Counted from the whole stretch's first letter, positions 24,600 through 37,321 are shown. The stretch: 59,688 nt of DNA, filler included, from Sphacelaria rigidula (GCA_964200075.2; 6 parts of 6 records of this genome joined end to end with filler, not necessarily neighbours in it); one strand, 5' to 3'. Made by a program: numbers and translations. The notes: generated by a model not told the origin, from the letters alone.

Positions 24600-27500
24600 T
24601 CAACCAGATTTCCTCGTTCATCCCTAGTCGGGTACAAAGCAGGGCACTCTCTCGACCACTTCCATCCGGGATTCCTCGTGAGTTGTTGCTGTTGTTCCGT
24701 CAGAGGTGGCGGCTCTGACTGGTGGCTCACGACGCATTAGCCTCTCGCTTGTGGCGAAGGTCCGACTCGAACTTGTTCTGGCGTCGCCGCGCTTCAAACT
24801 CGTCCGCTCCTTCCTTGACTCCAATATGCCATTCGCCCATGTTCTTCCCAGCCCTGATCCAATCGTGTGCGTTTTTGACGTCCACACCGTAACGAACCAT
24901 TTCCATTTTCCTGCTTCGCGTGGGAAAGCCCTAGTGCACACGTATTTTCCTGGCGGTAGTGCCCCCAGCGTGTGGGGGGGCGACCAGCCTCTTTGGTCCC
25001 TTGTACACTAGCCGTCCGAACATAATGCGCTTTGAAAGACGCGGTTTTCCCTCCCGGACGAGGGCCCACGCGAACCAGAGTTGTCGCTTGCAGATGTTCG
25101 TCTCGATACGTCCGCAGTCGGCGATCTTGAGCACATCCCTGAACGGAAGAGTTTCGTAGCCAGTTTACTCTTTCCTACAGAATTCAACCACTCGCAGCAA
25201 AAGTTTGTGGGCAACGCGATATCCTTCACTTCCTCGGGACGCAGCGTCCGTGTAGCACATCCGCACAGTATAGCTTCCTCCACCTCCGCTTTAAGCAGCC
25301 GGATTCCTAGAGGCAGCTCGGCGTTGGGCCGATCATAGAGTGGGAGTTGTACTTTCCGCGACGTGCCCACGCAGTGCTGATGGGGCGTTGATTTCAAGGG
25401 AAATATTCGGGTCCACGCTGACAGCACGTAGACGACTTAGCCGTCTGCTTATACCGTTGGCCTGCAGCCTTGACGTGCAATGTAGCCTCTGGGGAGCTGA
25501 GTTCTGACCACAGGCACATGAATTCTGTCTTCCTCTCCGAAACCGTCGAGCCGAACTCCTGACAGGCCACCACTAACACGGCCATCATTCTAGCTATCCC
25601 GTCTGTGCACCTCGAGACTGTGCCTGCGTCATCCGCATACAGCATTCCCCACGCCGCGCGCCCAACCTTCTCCAGGGGCGTCTCTTCCAGAGGTTCACCA
25701 TCTTCACCTTTTCTCGCATCATACAGGAATACTACTGTAAGTCCGAGACGGTGACTGGGTCTGCCGCGAGCCTCTGTACGATTACGTCGACAAAGTGTGC
25801 GCCGAAGGTGTTGAACAATAGCTGGGACGACCCACATCGTTGCCTGAGTCCCTGGCAGACGTAGAATCACGTTGATAGTTTGCCATCATCCAGCTGTGCT
25901 CGGGCTCGCACACCGTAGTGAAACATGCGGATAGCCTTGATTATCCGCAGCGGGACTCCGAATCGGGCAAATGCTTCCCACAGGAGCGTGCGGTCGACGG
26001 AGTCGTGGGCATTTTACAGCTTAATGAAGCACATGTTCAGTGGGACATTGCTCGCCCGTTGCTGTAGTCAGCGTACTACGGACATCCTGTCGGTGGTCAA
26101 TCGTTGGCGCCGGAACCCGGGCTGCTCTTCCAGGAAGATCCATGCCTCCTCGCAGAAGCTACCCAACCTGTTGGCTGGATTGTGAGGGGAACTTAATCAG
26201 CATGTGCCACGAGGGAGATGACCCTGGAGTTACCACACTCGGTCCTTTCCTTCTTCTTGTATCGCACTTCGATAGTGGCGCCTTTCCACTTCTGCGGCAC
26301 CTCGCCAGGTATCCAGACCGCAGCGATGATGCTGTGGATGCGGTATAGAGTCCCCGAAGGCTCCCCGACCAACCTCAGCTTGGAGAGTCCAGCACTTACA
26401 CCATTCGGGCCCGTCGCTTTGTCGCTAGCCATAGCTCTCGGGGTATCATCAGTTTCAGCCGGGCTAAACGGTTTTCCAAGTAACAACGTTGTCGGTCGTT
26501 GCGCAATGTTCTCGATGATGGATCGGTCGATAGGCACGGATATAGCTGAGCAAGGTGGAGAAGCATCGTCCCCCTCTCTCGCGTATTGGACCTTTGTCCT
26601 GCAGCAGGCTCCCGTCCTTGTCCTTGATACACTACTCGATCTCTAGTTTTCGTCCCACCAGACTCCGCCCTTTCCATCATCTCCCATGTCCCCAATTACA
26701 ATATACTCCAAGTCCCTAGCATACACATCCAGGTACTTGTCCACCCCAGCGTGAATCACCTCTTTGAGTTTCTCGCACGTTGCTCGCAAGGTGCGCCATG
26801 CGGGTTCATCTCTCGGTTCCGTTCGCACCGTCGACTTCGCCCTTTCCCTCTCATTCCAAGCCTGTTAAAGCTCTATCCGAATGACATCATATTCGAACCA
26901 CCCCGACCGAAACATACGTGGCTTCCGGGTCTGCCGCGGCACCACCTTCTCGGCGGAGCTCAGGGGTATGTTGGTGAATTTTGCAGCCATTGCACTGACT
27001 GTATCGGCAGTTCTGCTATGCTTGAGCTCGCTGATGATGAGCTGGGTGAGCTGCTCGTATCTATCGGTGTCAGATGTTATTGCCCGCCTGTCGAATGTTT
27101 TACGCCCAGCAGGCGTTTACCAAGGTCTGTTGCGTGCGAATGGGCCAAGGAGTCGCACTGAGACGCACACTCTGTTATTGCCAAAGTCCGGCGAGTTGGG
27201 TGGTTGAAGGTAGACAGTAGCATTGCGAACAAGCCTGAGGCGATCTTGCCACGTGAGGATTTAGTCAACGCGTTTTGTGTCCGCGGGACCATTCGCAATA
27301 CCGTTGAACATACGCGACGTGCCTCCCTTGGGGGTGGGAAAACACGTGTTGACCGGGGCAAGCCCTTTGCCACCCGCAAGTTTTAGCGAGCAGGTGCTGT
27401 GTCCTTCGCTCGGAAGCCCCGGCCATTTGCCCCCATTATTTTACAGCCTTCCTCTCCTGTTCTTACTCCAGTCCTAGCATGAGCGTCCATCAGAGAAAGC

Positions 27501-27990
27501 AGGTAGTGGTTATTCCGAACTTGGTTCACAGAGCTGCCTACCTACTTCCAGAACATATCGCTTGTGTTGACTTCGGTATGCCTGTAGAGACACTGAATCC
27601 ACAACGGTGACAGCGCTTGATTTGTCTGCGAGGTTGAAAGTCATCGACATGAAGCGTTTGCTGGTCAGCGTCTGAGTCCACGTTGCCTTATTGATGATCT
27701 ACTCCTTGACCGCCCACCCGACCCCATGTTGTCCAGCCCTTCCCTGGCCACCTTGCACCCCGCAGCAGAAGACATGGTACCCGCGGCAACGAACTCGGTC
27801 CGACCCGGTGTTCTTGTTTCATGTAGTCTGATGGCCTCACAGCCCACCGCTTGACACGTTCGCAGAACCACCTCAGCATGGCCAGCCCCGTTCTTTCCCG
27901 TGAGGGGAAGTGTCCAGACGTTATGGATCGCCACGTTTAGCTTCCTCATACGTGGCTTAGCTCTGGCCTTATATATATCTATACGCTTGG
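24600..27990 (-). mobile_element. Decayed near-full-length RTE-type LINE
   Basis: APE start LNVAIHNVWTL..LHETR; RT motifs [53 protein letters not shown]. Confidence 0.9.
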
Positions 27991-28289
27991 CTCTTTGTTC
28001 TACCCTACTCCACGCTCTGTTCCTCCTCCTAATCTTCCGCACAAGCGTTTCTTCTGTTCCGAATTCCCTTGTCGCATGGATCATGGTACGCGCCTTGCGT
28101 TTTGGTCTCACGGGGAGGGTGCAGCCGTCCTAGCCCGCGTCGGCCGCTAGATCAGGTCCGCTGAAACTGGTCCGTACTCACACATGTCTCATCTCCATCA
28201 GCGTGTTTCCCGTGATTTTGCCCTAACTTAAGGTAAAACTTTGCAGTGGCGTGGCCGACTTCAGGTCCCAGTACCGGGTAAAACTCAGT

Positions 28290-28730
28290 AGCTGCAGTGT
28301 TGAGCCTGAAGTGAACACTGTCGGGATGGCCCACTGGCTAGTTTGTGTGTTGAATCACCGCTGACATGATACACTGGGCGGAGTGAAGTGCGCTCCGGTG
28401 CCCCCCAAGCGCATTGCGCCCAACGGTGCTTATTGGGAACCTCTTCTAAGGCGGTCACAGCTGTGCTATAAATGGAGTAGGTATTCATATGATTGATTGA
28501 CCGGTTGTCGACAAATACCATTGGTTTTGGAAATCCATACTCCGCTACATCAGCAGCAAGTGCGAGGGCTTTCATGTAAGCCAAGTGTAGAGCGCAGGGC
28601 TGCAGTATACTGCATGATAATTTTAGCATCCCGTGGTAAACACCATGCATCCACAACTGCCATGGAGATGCCACACCCCAATAGCGACTCCACTCGGTGG
28701 CATTAGTCGTGCTTTTAGGGCTTTTAACTG
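28290..28730 (-). pseudogene. piggyBac-like transposase remnant
   Basis: Frameshifted HD*CHRVESLLGCGISMAVVDAW and GTGAHFTP...SLQA pieces, probably the same family as 8290-8520. Confidence 0.3.
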
Positions 28731-28741
28731 TGCGACCCTTT

Positions 28742-29464
28742 CAAGGGTAGGTCGAGTAGAGTATACTCAATACCCAGTAATTTTGAAGAGTCATACTTTT
28801 AGTACTCGAAGCTTGGGTATTGGAAGCCGTACTCAACCTACTCAAAATTTGAGTAGAGTATTTGAGACCATACTCGATCTACTCAAAATTTGAGTAGAGT
28901 ATTGAGGTCATACTCAAGTGATACTCTATACTCAAGTATCACTGAGAGTGCTTACTCAATATTTGAGTAGAGTATTTGAGGTCGTACTCAACCTACTCAA
29001 AATTGGAGTAGAGTACTTGAGACCATACTCGACCTACTCAAAATTGGAGTAGAGTATTTGAGGCCGTACTCGGCCTACTCAAAATTGGAGTAGAGTATTG
29101 AGGTCATACTCAAGTGATACTCTATACTCAAGTACCACTGAGAGTGCTTACTCAATATTTGAGTAGAGTATTTGAGGTCGTACTCGACCTGCTCAAAATT
29201 GGAGTAGAGTATTTGAGACCATACTCGACCTACTCAAAATTGGAGTAGAGTTTTGAGGCCGTACTCGGCCTACTCAAAATTTGAGTAGAGTATTATTGGA
29301 GGCCGTACTCGCTCTACTCAAAATTTGAGTGGGGTATCTGAAGCCGGATCCGATGTACCGAAAACATATACAGTAACTTCGACTTCAATATTCGAGTTCG
29401 TACGCAAGATACTCAAATTCGGGTAGAGGAAATACCGAGGTATTCCTAGAGTTGCCCACCCATG
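28742..29464. repeat. Element built from 41-bp palindromic monomers with a ~196-bp higher-order repeat
   Basis: Monomer tactcaaaatt(t/g)gagtagagtatttgagaccatactcgacc; higher-order unit marked by tcatactcaagtgatactctatactcaag at ~28908 and ~29104. Confidence 0.9.
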
Positions 29465-29536
29465 ATGAGTGTTGATTCGAGGTCAAACTGTCTTGTCAAA
29501 CCGTGGCCAGTAGAGTCGCTCATTTTGATGATACCT

Positions 29537-29608
29537 ACTCGATAACTCGATAACTCGATAACTCGATAACTCGATAACTCGATAACTCGATAACTCGATA
29601 ACTCGATG
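29537..29608. repeat. (ACTCGATA)n octamer repeat
   Basis: 8 perfect copies plus 1 variant. Confidence 0.95.
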
Positions 29609-29796
29609 AGTAGAGCTCTGTACTGAAAGTGATATCAAAGGCGTTAAGAGGTATCGAGTATGAACTGCCGTGGGTGGGGGCTGGTGAGATGGGGCGCTGG
29701 GGCAAGTAGGTTCGTTCACCTGCAAGCTTCTCGATTTTTTTATGGCCATCATTCGCTCGTACTCCTTGTCAGCTGTGATGTAGTGTTGCCCATATA

Positions 29797-29896
29797 NNNN
29801 NNNNNNNNNNNNNNNNNNNNNNNNNNNNNNNNNNNNNNNNTTAATTAATTAANNNNNNNNNNNNNNNNNNNNNNNNNNNNNNNNNNNNNNNNNNNN
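29797..29896. other. Artificial contig-joining linker
   Basis: N44-TTAATTAATTAA-N44. Confidence 0.98.
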
Positions 29897-30251
29897 CAAA
29901 ACAAATTTGGACAATCTTTGAGAAACTAAGAAATTACGGATTCTGCATACTTGTGATGCTGACTACTGTACAACGACTAATATCGCATCACGATAGGACA
30001 CGATGTGAAGCCGACACATTGTCGGGTTTCCAGGTTGCGATCGCACGGTGCATCTCTCATGTTTATATTGCCGAGCCACATGTTTGTGCGCATGATTGAG
30101 TTTCTCAGTTTCCGACCGACTAATAAATCGGCAACGGTTGAAACGAATGAATATTGTGAAATATAACGCGGCCCAAGCCAAGCGAGACTGTTGAGATGGT
30201 AGATCCGAAAGTGCCTCATTTTCATGTCGGATATTCCTCTGACGCGTGCAG

Positions 30252-30362
30252 GACGGCCGTATTTGCGTTAATGACGAAGCGCGGCAGATGCTAGAGCAGG
30301 ACCAACATGGTTCACAACGGAATCAATACGACAACGAGAACTGTATCAGTAACGAACGGTCA

Positions 30363-30403
<41 letters not shown>

Positions 30404-30461
30404 CGACGTGACCCACCACCTAATGCCAGAAAACGAGCGAGAGGTGGACACGCATTTGCAG
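30252..30461 (+). CDS. TPGS1-like gene, exon A (polyQ13); 5' end uncertain; donor at 30461 (GC) or 30443 (GT)
   Basis: ctgac..tgcag acceptor, open frame, phase 0 matches the next exon. Confidence 0.55.
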
Positions 30462-31651
30462 GCAAGGGAGTGCTATGTCGGACCCTAGGAGTTGGGACTA
30501 ACAGAATACGTACCATGGGAATACAAACCAGATGCATACGAAAGTCGTAGGCCCTGCTGCTCGCTCCATGCAGTTGATGCTTATACCGCACGTGTTGAAG
30601 TTGGATTTGGGCACTCGATCATTTCGCAGTGATTGTTAATTTTTCGGAGTATTTCGTGTTGTTCATGTGTTGTCGCTTCTGGCAGCTGACTTCTCACTTG
30701 GATGTGACGTGAACCGTGACTTCGTGAACGAAAAAGTGAAACCTTTCACAGCGTTGTGTAACAATAGCATAGTGTTCTGGTACAGTAGCGCTCCGTTGTT
30801 TACATCTTTTTCAAAATTGAAAGCGCATCCCGCGTTGTGAAACAAGTGAGGAATACGATCTGAGATCTCGGGTTGATGTCTCTCTGCCCCATCGTCAGTC
30901 CTTCATGATAAGCATAAGATCTGTACAGCAGGGTGAGGCTATAGGAGAAGGTTTCACACCACCTCGCGTGAAATACAGTACGAGTTTCTTGCTCGCGGGT
31001 CGTGACTACATTTTTCATTCGTGAAACAGCATCAGAAACTTGCTTCGTTACCCTGGACTAACCCATATTACAATATGTCCTAGGCACCTGTCCACATACA
31101 CCGAAGATCTGGGCCTGAAAAGAGGAGGTGGAAATGACACTTTCTAAGATAGCCCTCCCCCCAAAAGTGGCTGGTTTGGGGAGGCAAAATCTGCGCGTAT
31201 GTCAAAATGAAGAAAGCCGAACACAACGAGCAGCTGGGAATTCCCACGCTTGGGTTTGTTTCTGCCAATGTCGCCCATATGAGGCGCTTAATGCAGCCGG
31301 AAACCGCACGTCATGCGCTGTATGACCTTCTTCGTGGCAGTTTTGGGTTGATTTGAGGGGGGGGGGGTTGTCGTAGAAAGTGTTGAATTAACAATCCTAC
31401 AAAAGAGCCGGATTCTCTGTAAAACTAAACAAATCAGCACTTGCAGGTCACTTAGTGGCTCTGCTTCTGTGGCCTCAGAGGGCATCCGGATGGTAGTATG
31501 CGCGTTTCTTTAATCTACCCGAGGATGCACAAAATTTTGACGGGAAAAGAAGTTGAGTAGTCACCGTTCCATTTTCTTCGGCCACTTTTCTCATGTACGA
31601 CAAAATATCACCCCGTTGATGATCTGTCCGACGTTCTGGTCAACAATCCAG

Positions 31652-31776
31652 ATTCTAAGGGCGCTTACACCTGAGGAATATTTGCATCAGACCGGCGTGT
31701 TCAGTGCAATGAAGGAAGCGTTGGGGCACGTGGCTGAGCTTCGCCCGTCCAACCCGTTGCTGCTTTTCGCGGAAAT
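31652..31776 (+). CDS. TPGS1: TPGS1-like tubulin polyglutamylase complex subunit, exon B (RIIa/Dpy-30-like docking domain)
   Basis: cag|ILRALTPEEYLHQTGVFSAMKEALGHVAELRPSNPLLLFAE|gtgagt resembles TPGS1 [34 protein letters not shown]. Confidence 0.75.
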
Positions 31777-32339
31777 GTGAGTAGCCTGGTTGTCTCCAGC
31801 GCTGCCGTCTCAACCCGCGAACACTTGCCCACCAATCCTGTTTCGTTCTACTGCGTTGTGCTGTCGCCGATCCGACCCTACTCTACTACCCAATCCGATA
31901 CATGTGCAGAAACTCAGGCTGTCACATCTCGGGAAATACATACCTGCCATACAAAGGGAGATTCTGGTTGTCCAGATGTACGTCAGGCGGGAACACTTGT
32001 CTCAGCATAAAGCGAGAACCAGACTAAGATAACGCCGCTCAGATATCGTCTGACGAGAATGCTCATAGAGTCATGGTGCATATTTCTTCGAACATCAACG
32101 TACGTTCAGAAACTGAGGTCGGTACAACAATCCGTACAATATATGCTTGCTGGAAAAATGGCTACCCTGGCTGTTCCGATATGCACTAAGTGGAAGTTGT
32201 GCATTTTTTCTCCGTCCCAATCGACAACCAAACCAAGGCAACTCCGTTTGAAATCACATCGTCCATTTTAACCGATGCCCTCCCTCCCCCCCACCCCCCA
32301 CCCCGGCATATGTGATTGGGATTGCGTTTGTTTCCCCAG

Positions 32340-32521
32340 CATGCGAGATCGCGCTAGGGATACCCATCATGCAATCCGACAAGCCAAGCTTCTGCGACAC
32401 GCCCGGCCGCTGAGAGAGGGCGCGGCGAGCATCTCGAGACCTGTCCGCGAGCCCCTGGCGGAATCGAACCACGAGTCGTCGAAACACCCCTCCGTCCCTG
32501 CTTTCCCTGCAAACAGCCATG
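32340..32521 (+). CDS. TPGS1: TPGS1-like gene, exon C
   Basis: tttccccag| ... |gtaaga; phase 2 to 1 consistent; MRDRARDTHHAIRQAKLLRH. Confidence 0.7.
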
Positions 32522-33020
32522 GTAAGACGTTGGTTTCCCCTTTGAGCGTTCTATCTGAGTTTTTGTAGTGCTAGATCTGAGTGTGCTGGGCCTACACACC
32601 CTTTCAACGGTAGCCTGAGGAGGGGGCGACCCGATAGGAGCTATCGTTGGATACTGTCGCTTCGACACATAAAAAATGGGTTGTGGTTAGTTGTAATTAG
32701 TTGTGGGCCATTTGCTTTGTTCAGACGGGGACCGTTTCGCCTCCTAGGTACCCGTGGAAAAAGCTTCCAGCACTAAATCACAGGTATACGAGGGTTCCAA
32801 TATGGGCCAATGAAGAACATTATATCCCGTCTGTTTTTATGATTTCGACAAAAAAAATACTGGGTCGTAAAAGCAGTGTAATTAATGCTATTGTCGTCTG
32901 CCAAAAAGAGGGAATCGCCAAGTAATCTATTGGGAGTCTTGTCTATTTCCTTCCACTGAAAATGCGGGTCACCCGGAACAGAAGTATTAACGCCTGCCAT
33001 ATTCTACGTAGGTCTCGATA

Positions 33021-33360
33021 TTTGCGGTGTGTTGGTTGTAGTCCCATCTACGCCGGTCTACACCTTTCGGTATATGTGGGCGCACCAGCCGGGATCACAC
33101 AGGAGAAAGGTCAACACACGAGTTTAGATTATTTTGTTTGTTTTAGTTCTCCACCTTCCTTCTGCGGTGCTTGCCTTTATTATTTATCGCGAGAGGGGTT
33201 CAGCAGTCCCTTTCCCTCGTCGACCATGAAGTCGAATTTTGTGTACCCACGACATAGTCGCTCTCCACTGTTGGGCATTGTATGAGAAAAAATCCCAGAT
33301 CACTACGACCCAACCGTCAGAGGGTTTCGAGGTTACCAACGGAGCCACCGGGGCGACCGG
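33021..33360 (-). mobile_element. tRNA-derived SINE, family A (intronic)
   Basis: Minus-strand head ccggtcgccccggtggctccgttggtaacc (A box); body aligns with 37467-37822. Confidence 0.8.
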
Positions 33361-33453
33361 TTTAAGGTTTATGTAGACGTTATTAAGTTTGTCATTCGGC
33401 TATCATGTCAGCGTACGTTACACACGGACACCTTTATCTCCCTACCACCCCAG

Positions 33454-33698
33454 TACTCGCGCAACAGGATCCCGTCCCCCCGGAAGCTTGGGAACGGAGT
33501 CCCCGTCCACAGCAGCTCGAAATCCTGTGCGAACCTTTACATCGTTTCTTGTGTTCCACTACCGGCGGCTGCGGTGTCAGCAAAGGGGTCGACAAGGGAT
33601 CCAAGTGCGGTAGAATCCGCGCGGATCCTTCTGGAGCGAGAAGAACCGGTTCAGGCCGGGCGTCTCGAGGTCACGAGGGGCGTGCTCGTTGGCGAGAG
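33454..33698 (+). CDS. TPGS1: TPGS1-like gene, exon D
   Basis: ccccag| ... gag|gttcgg; phase 1 to 0 consistent; open frame. Confidence 0.6.
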
Positions 33699-33819
33699 GT
33701 TCGGCGACTTCTCGAGGTGGAGATAAAACCTGACATGCTAAAAGAGACAACAACAATGCCATCACGTTCTGCGAACTTGAAAAATCTCGGGAACTGTGGA
33801 TTTGTTTTAACCATCGCTT

Positions 33820-33900
33820 TATTTGTCGCACTTTGAACCCCTCTCCTTCCTCGGGACGAGTCCGTGGTCTCAAGGGACCAGCCCATCTCTCCCCGGTGGA
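33820..33900 (-). repeat. Short ~80-bp retroposon tail repeat (also at ~8103, 16480, 34708, 38450)
   Basis: ttgtcgcactttgaacc..ccttcctcgggacgagtccgtggtctcaaggga..ccatctctcccc recurs on several contigs. Confidence 0.75.
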
Positions 33901-33904
33901 TACT

Positions 33905-34237
33905 GTTAAGAAACCGGTTGATTGCTGAGCTAATCAGCCAGCGCTGGCTTATTAGCTCAGCAGTCAACCGGTTTCTTAGCAAAAGCTAAGTTCGGTGGGT
34001 TCGTCGCGTAGCCCCGAGCACTGACGCCCCAGGGTTGCCACTGCTGTACCCAACACTGTTTAACTTCTACCGATATAATTCGACCGCACCCGCGCGACAT
34101 CGAAGTTAAGTTCTGGAGTTTTTTTTCCTTCGACCGCACCCACGCGACACCGAAGAGTATTTTTTGTCGCACAGGGATTCGAACCCGCGAACGTGGCCCT
34201 TGTTGTGAAACCGGTTGACTACTGAGCTAATCAGCCA
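33905..34237 (-). mobile_element. tRNA-like SINE, family B, with a terminal 76-nt palindrome
   Basis: Minus strand 34237-34165: tagctcagtag (A box) ... gggttcgaatccc (B box); 33905-33980 is a head-to-head duplicate of the A-box segment. Confidence 0.65.
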
Positions 34238-34972
34238 CAATGCCGTGTCCTGCATTGATTGCATCCTGTTTCATGTATTGTATTGGCTGTGGTGTCTGAA
34301 TACCTGCATTGTGCGGTGCCAACCCTCTCGTGAGCAATCTGACTGCGGAGTAACTCCAGCTCGGACATCCGATATATATTGTGAACACAATGGTAAACTG
34401 CATGGGTCGTGTCTAGATTAATTCCAAGCTGACGTAAAAGAAGCTGTGAAGATGGAAAACAATCCCATGAGTCTACCACGAACATCACGTTGCCCGGCAC
34501 GTGACGTCACAAGCGCTTGTTCATTCTGCTCTGTTCTCGAGCCATGCCACGGTAGGGGTGCAGGAAAAAATTAATCAGGTTTGAATTGTTAGGAGCCTTT
34601 CATCCTGTCAAGAAGAAAATGTCTTACGAAATGCGTGAGAAAACGTCACGATTAGCATTCCAATGGGCCAATTATTTATTCATCCCTATCGTGTTATTGT
34701 TTAATTGTATTTGTCGCATTTGAAACCTCTTCCCTTCCTCGGGCCGAGTCTGTGGTCTCAAGGGATCAACCCATCTCTCCCCGCTAGGGATATCATAAAA
34801 GAATAAAAAAGCGGGAAAATGTCCTGGCCCATACTCTTGTGTAGCTCCTTGTAGCCCCTCGGTGAGAAACATCTGGGCCCGACTGTACAACCCCTACCGT
34901 GGCATGACTCTCTCGGGATTGCTGTTTTGTCGTGCATGGAGTCTCAAGACGCTCTGATGGACAAAATTCCAG

Positions 34973-35156
34973 GCACTCTGCCGGGGTGCAGGGGTCGACG
35001 CCGAATGCACTGCAGTAGCAATGGCTGCTTTAGAGCGAGAGGCGGGAGTTGTCTCCACCAAGGGAGACGGGGGCAAGGGATCGCCGGTGGATGGCGATCC
35101 AGTAGTGGACTTTGCCAGTTTCGTGGCCTCCGTGCGTGCTGTACTGCTGTTCGAAG
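34973..35156 (+). CDS. TPGS1: TPGS1-like gene, exon E
   Basis: ttccag| ... |gtgagt; DPVVDFASFVASVRAVLLFE resembles TPGS1 EAVPLSVFRAGTLTCFVLLE. Confidence 0.7.
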
Positions 35157-37206
35157 GTGAGTACTCAAAAGCTACATATGGTCACACCGTTTTTGGTCTC
35201 CCTGCCGGCTCACCCTTATCGTACAACACAGCGTGCAGTGCCTGCACGTGGTTTATCACCCCTCCGAAAAAAAGTCACGCACGAATGATACGTCTTCGGC
35301 CATTTTTGACAACATCTCGATATCCATGGTGCTGTACTGCAGTGCGTAGTATACCACTTCCTGGTGGATGAATACTACTCCTGGATGATGACGGTTTCGT
35401 TTCCAAACACCCATTACTCGGTGGTTGTATATGTCGTACAATATATTTCACGGTGTACACTCCTGTACGTGCGGCTCAACTGATTCATCTTCGTTGAGGG
35501 AGATCTTGGTCATTTTTCGCGAGGTTTCCCTCAAAGCAGCCAATATATGTATGTTTGTTGACGTTTGACACAATCAAGACGGATGTCTTCTTATTTTGTC
35601 ATGAGCTGCGCGTAGACACGGCACGCGGGCACAGAGCGAGTGGTCTACTCGTTACGCTGATGCATCCGTCATATTCCATTATATTTTTCGCTACGTGCTT
35701 CGGTTTCGTCGGGTTCACACTGTTGAAATTGTCCAAGTAGATACTAGCGCTTCAAAGCCATCTCATCGTTTCCAGGTGTGATTTTGCAGATAGGGCAGCC
35801 TAATCCTAACCCTAACCCTAACTAGCTCATCATCGCGATATCGAAACTGTATATCGATTTCTAGGCTGCATTTTTTTCTCTGTACAGTTAGTGGACATTG
35901 TTCGATATTTCCGAGTACATCCTACCGATCAATCATAAAGCTGCCACATTCTTCCCACGCGCTACGTAGACTTGCTGATCGAGAGGAAAAAATCCAATGT
36001 GTAGCTTGGAAGAAGTGGCAGACAAATCTTTCACACGTAATATTGAGAAAATTTGCACGGCTGTGATGCAGACAATCTCTCGACCTTGCAAGAAGTACTA
36101 CAGCTTGAAAAATAAAACGATATCTCCCCGCCAAACAACACGTGTCATACTACGTCTCGGGCATGAGAGTCCCCCTGCGACAGGCGATAGGGGCGGAGGA
36201 TATTTTGGGCCATATTTTCCACGAAAAAGATCACCATAAATCGTCGTTGAAGGCAACAACTATTGTACGAACGCGCTTGGTACCGATAAGACACACCCAT
36301 TTATACTGCTTGACACCGTTTGCAGAGTAATGCCACAGTAGGGATGCACTTTTCAGTCCAAATGTTTTCTAAGGCTGCATACCAAGGCCCAGATATTTGT
36401 CGTCCCGAGGCTCCTACAGCAAAGAGCCTCAGAAAAAAGTGCACCTCTACCGTGGCATTACTCTTCAGCCACACACAAGCGCAACGCGAATGCGTTACAA
36501 TAGTTCGTCTGACACACCTATGAGTCCCTGTTTTTCCTGGGATCAATCCCCCTAACCCCCGGTCCGGCGAAAACCCGGCGTTCTCCGTCCCGGCTTTGTA
36601 GGGACGGACCCTCAATGCGATTGACGTCGGTTGACATTGACGCCGTAAAACACGCCACTCACTCCATGAGTTAGGCAACCAGGTTACCCTTCATTTTTGC
36701 GCGCTTGATTTTGTTTTCGCGGTAACCGTGATGACGGTCGAGTTAGATCATATTGTGCAAGGTGGGAGAACCTCGATTCCGCGCAAAGGGGATGATCATA
36801 CCACGTGGTGTTGAAATGGCGAGACACCCATGAGGCAGTGTGGAAGTCGTGGCTGTCTCAGAAAGTGACGATACCAGAAAATGAAGCAGCTCATCGGACG
36901 CTGTCATCCAAATGAGGGATATCTGTGCGCTGTGGACCGAACAATCTTGGCAGGATGTAGCTCACCCTTCATGCGACTCGCCAAACATATGACGGCGCTT
37001 TGCGCTTGGTCATTGATTGCGAGCCTGGTCTGGTGAAAACCCGGCGTGCTCTGTCCCGGCTTGGTAGGAATGCGAGGTCAATGGGCTTATGACTACGGCC
37101 GGCAAGATTTTGAGTGCCCCCACCCCCCCCCCCCCCCGCGCGCGCCCCCTTGTTTATGGTGGGATCACTCGTAACTGCTCCATGATGCACCGTGTGCTGC
37201 ACATAG

Positions 37207-37321
37207 GTTTCGACCGTGAAGCGAGAGCGGCCTTCGTCAGCCTGACAGGTTCGACAGACAAACCTGCTTCGTTGGATGACCTTCTCTGTCGGCTGTACGC
37301 CGGAGATTCACCTGCGAGCAG
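37207..37321 (+). CDS. TPGS1: TPGS1-like gene, exon F (downstream exons not identified)
   Basis: catag| ... cag|gtgggg; phase 1 matches; FDREARAAFVSL resembles TPGS1 FVARAGALFQLL. Confidence 0.65.

Noticed and set aside
28790-29340. CRISPR-like palindromic repeat array
   Set aside because: Intervening sequences are themselves repeated (no unique spacers), there are no cas genes, and the context is eukaryotic
34165-34237. Functional tRNA gene
   Set aside because: A and B boxes are present but there is no proper acceptor or anticodon stem; better explained as a SINE head
35798-35822. Telomere (CCCTAA)n; similar short runs at ~1129 and ~7770
   Set aside because: Only 2-4 degenerate interstitial units, not a chromosome end
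20304-37321. Joining the GFA exon to the TPGS1-like exons as one gene
   Set aside because: They lie on different contigs separated by an artificial linker
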